Source: Prochlorococcus sp. AG-670-N10
Lineage (GTDB): Bacteria; Cyanobacteriota; Cyanobacteriia; PCC-6307; Cyanobiaceae
NCBI GenBank assembly: GCA_003209065.1
Contig: QCSX01000004.1
Coordinates: 1,328-65,327 of the forward strand
Direction of reading: 5' to 3'
DNA: 64,000 nt
Shown: piece after piece, positions 61,723 through 64,000 of the stretch
Layout of the letters: every line of letters starts with the position of its first letter
Position numbering within the stretch: the stretch's first letter is position 1
Position numbers and translations under genes: made by a program
Notes under the pieces: generated by a model
Databases searched by the model: none
What the model saw: the letters and a program-made list of their open reading frames with translations, nothing else
What the model was told of the DNA's origin: nothing

Positions 61723-62613
61723 CTATTTCGTCATTCCCCATTTATCTCTCCATTTTTTTGAAGTCTTGAGATTACATAACAATTGTTCTTTGACTCTTTT
61801 TTGAATAATGTCTTTTGTATTTGAACTTAAAGCAGGATCACGATATGGGATACTTGCTTTAGTTAATAAATGTTCCTCTTCCATCGAAGATAATTTTTTA
61901 AAATATAAATTACTTTGTATAACCTTTTCATCAATTTTTTTTACCGCAATTGTCCCATTACTCCATAATCTTTGAGTGACTAAATCTGGCTCAATATTAA
62001 AAATGTTCAAACCGAAATCTTTTAATGTTCTTCTTATCGCAGCGGAACAAGAGTAGGTTATTAGATATCCTTGAGGGTTAAGTTTTTGAGTGACTTTTTC
62101 AAGAAATTCAACTGACCAAACTTGAGGACATTTTTGAGGGGAAAACCCATCTAAATAAATCAAATCAAATTTAATATTTGCAGGAATATTGTTGATCTTT
62201 TCTCTAGCATCGCCCCATAAAATATCACAGTCAAAAGATTTATCTCTATATTGAGAATTTTGTGATAATGCTTTAAATATTTTTAAAACTTTAGGATGCC
62301 ATAGCTTTTGAAATGCTTTATTTCCTAGAGAATATTCTAAAGGCTTTTTATCAATCTCTAAAGCATACCAATTTACAAAAGAATTTTGTCTAATTAGGTT
62401 ATTAAATAATGAAGCTGAATTGTATCCTAAGCCGAAGCAGATATCTAAAACATTCAGAGACTTATCCTTAAATCTTTTTAAATCAGAGGGGTTTATGAAT
62501 TTTATTTCAGTTTCTTTTAAAGCTCCTTCCAGGCTATGGAAGTTCTCTTGAAACAAAGAACTCCTTAGTGAAATACTGCCATCTTTAGTTAAGACCTCTT
62601 TTAATTCAGACAA
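61723..62613 (-). CDS. Stand-alone MnmC-type (MnmD-like) tRNA mnm5s2U34 SAM-dependent methyltransferase
   Basis: T.DGS..L....FQENFHS..GA..E, LDICFGLGYN, GDA, LDGFSPQKCPQVW, TYS; TTG start. Confidence 0.8.
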   Translation of the reverse strand: MSELKEVLTKDGSISLRSSLFQENFHSLEGALKETEIKFINPSDLKRFKDKSLNVLDICFGLGYNSASLFNNLIRQNSFVNWYALEIDKKPLEYSLGNKAFQKLWHPKVLKIFKALSQNSQYRDKSFDCDILWGDAREKINNIPANIKFDLIYLDGFSPQKCPQVWSVEFLEKVTQKLNPQGYLITYSCSAAIRRTLKDFGLNIFNIEPDLVTQRLWSNGTIAVKKIDEKVIQSNLYFKKLSSMEEEHLLTKASIPYRDPALSSNTKDIIQKRVKEQLLCNLKTSKKWRDKWGMTK

Positions 62614-62626
62614 GAATTCTTTAATT

Positions 62627-63943
62627 TCAGTTAATAAGTTTTTCTAGATCGTCCCAAAAAGTTGGATAAGATACTTTAGAAGCATCAGCTCTTGCAATTT
62701 TTGAAGAACCCTTGGCGAGAAGTGAAGCTATAGCAAGACTCATAGATACACGATGATCAGTTTCACTATCAACTTCAGCAGAATGAAACTTAGACTCACC
62801 ATTAATTATTAAACCATCTTCTTTTTCTGAAATATTTGCACCAAATTTATTTAATTGTCTTGCCATAACTTTTAATCGATCTGTTTCTTTCACTCTTAAT
62901 TCTTTTGCATCTTTAATTTCTGAAACTCCACTACAAAAACAAGCTGCTACTGTAAGTATCGGAATCTCATCTATAAGCTTAGGAAGAATATCACCTTCTA
63001 TTTTGAACGGTCTCAAATAATTTGCGGACTTTACAAATATAGAACCTATTGGTTCTCCTGCAATGGTAGATTTTTCTACTATTTTATAGTTACATCCCAT
63101 TTTATCCATTACATTCAATATTCCTGTTCTCGTTGGATTTAGACCTACATTCTTAATAACAATTTCAGATTTCGGCACTATTGATGCCGCAATCATCCAA
63201 AAAGCTGCCGAGCTGATATCTCCTGGGATCAATATATTTTGACCTATCAAATTATTCCCTGATTTTATTACTATATTTCTTCCCAATTCTCCTCTTATAT
63301 TTATTTCAGCCCCGAATGCTTTTAGCATTCTTTCAGTATGATCTCTTGAGGATGCTGGTTCAATAACTGAGGTGGTTCCAGAGGCATTCAATCCTGCTAA
63401 TAATATTGCTGATTTAACTTGAGCACTAGCTACTGGAGTTCCAATCACGCAACCCTTTAGTTTCTTTCCATTGATAGAAATTGGAGCTTTTGTTCCATTT
63501 GCTCTGCCATAAATGTTTCCTCCCATTAAGGATAATGGTTTACTAACTCTTCCCATTGGTCTTTCATTAAGAGAGTTATCTCCAGTTAAAATAAAATTCT
63601 TTCCTCCTTGTCCAGCTAAAAGCCCCATTAACAACCTCATTGTTGTTCCTGAATTTCCGCAATCAAGAATTTCTTTGGGTTCTTTAAATCCATTGATACC
63701 CAAACCTTTTATTGTAAAAGGCTGATCCTTTTTTATTTCTGGAATATTTACACCCAATTTTCTTAGACAATTTGCAGTTGAAAGTGGGTCTTCAGAATAT
63801 AAAAAACCTTCAATATTAGTTTCACCCTCTGCAATACTTCCAATTATCAAAGATCTGTGAGAGATTGATTTATCTCCAGGAACTTTTATTATCCCTTGTA
63901 AAGTTCCTCCACCTTTGATGGTGCGGATTTGATTAGTATTCAA
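62627..63943 (-). CDS. aroA: 3-phosphoshikimate 1-carboxyvinyltransferase (class II EPSP synthase)
   Basis: [55 protein letters not shown]. Confidence 0.98.
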   Translation of the reverse strand: MNTNQIRTIKGGGTLQGIIKVPGDKSISHRSLIIGSIAEGETNIEGFLYSEDPLSTANCLRKLGVNIPEIKKDQPFTIKGLGINGFKEPKEILDCGNSGTTMRLLMGLLAGQGGKNFILTGDNSLNERPMGRVSKPLSLMGGNIYGRANGTKAPISINGKKLKGCVIGTPVASAQVKSAILLAGLNASGTTSVIEPASSRDHTERMLKAFGAEINIRGELGRNIVIKSGNNLIGQNILIPGDISSAAFWMIAASIVPKSEIVIKNVGLNPTRTGILNVMDKMGCNYKIVEKSTIAGEPIGSIFVKSANYLRPFKIEGDILPKLIDEIPILTVAACFCSGVSEIKDAKELRVKETDRLKVMARQLNKFGANISEKEDGLIINGESKFHSAEVDSETDHRVSMSLAIASLLAKGSSKIARADASKVSYPTFWDDLEKLIN

Positions 63944-64000
63944 ATTAATAAGTTGGTTAAATTTTTATAAATTTTTTCATAGATATATATTATCAATAAG

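Noticed and set aside
1..64000. NtcA boxes (GTA-N8-TAC), IS elements, prophage or defence genes
   Set aside because: None found by eye in the intergenic regions checked or among the ORFs; a PWM/HMM scan would be needed to exclude weak sites.

Overview
AT-rich, densely packed core chromosome of a marine picocyanobacterium, almost certainly a high-light Prochlorococcus (alpha-carboxysome genes, ndhL, petE, cyAbrB, proteobacterial-type thrS, very short intergenic spacers). The window opens inside csoS2 and runs csoSCA-csoS4A-csoS4B-acRAF, then through about 60 housekeeping genes (hisG, dnaA, gor, pyrC, tRNA-Leu(UAA), ndhL, trpA, a group 2 sigma factor, hisIE, clpB, petE, hemE, glgB, a TamB-like gene, proA, folB, prlC, ndhD, thrB, glk, thrS, trpS, mntCAB, lepB, menD, menB, glgA, murF, glmU, aroA). 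I found no mobile element, prophage, CRISPR array, defence system or genomic island, and no clearly new system can be supported from the sequence alone. The best leads are: (i) a sigma factor-YkvA-HTH three-gene module with an atypical Cys-containing region 4.2 and a 12-bp direct repeat/palindrome upstream; (ii) an uncharacterised RG-rich, ribbon-helix-helix-like protein with a 12-bp VNTR heading the trpS-thrS operon; (iii) an orphan TIGR04282/TIGR04283 glycosyltransferase pair divergent from dnaA; (iv) a possible homopolymer frameshift at the menD 3' end; (v) a slippery heptamer in csoS2. All family assignments come from recognised motifs and recall, not from database searches.
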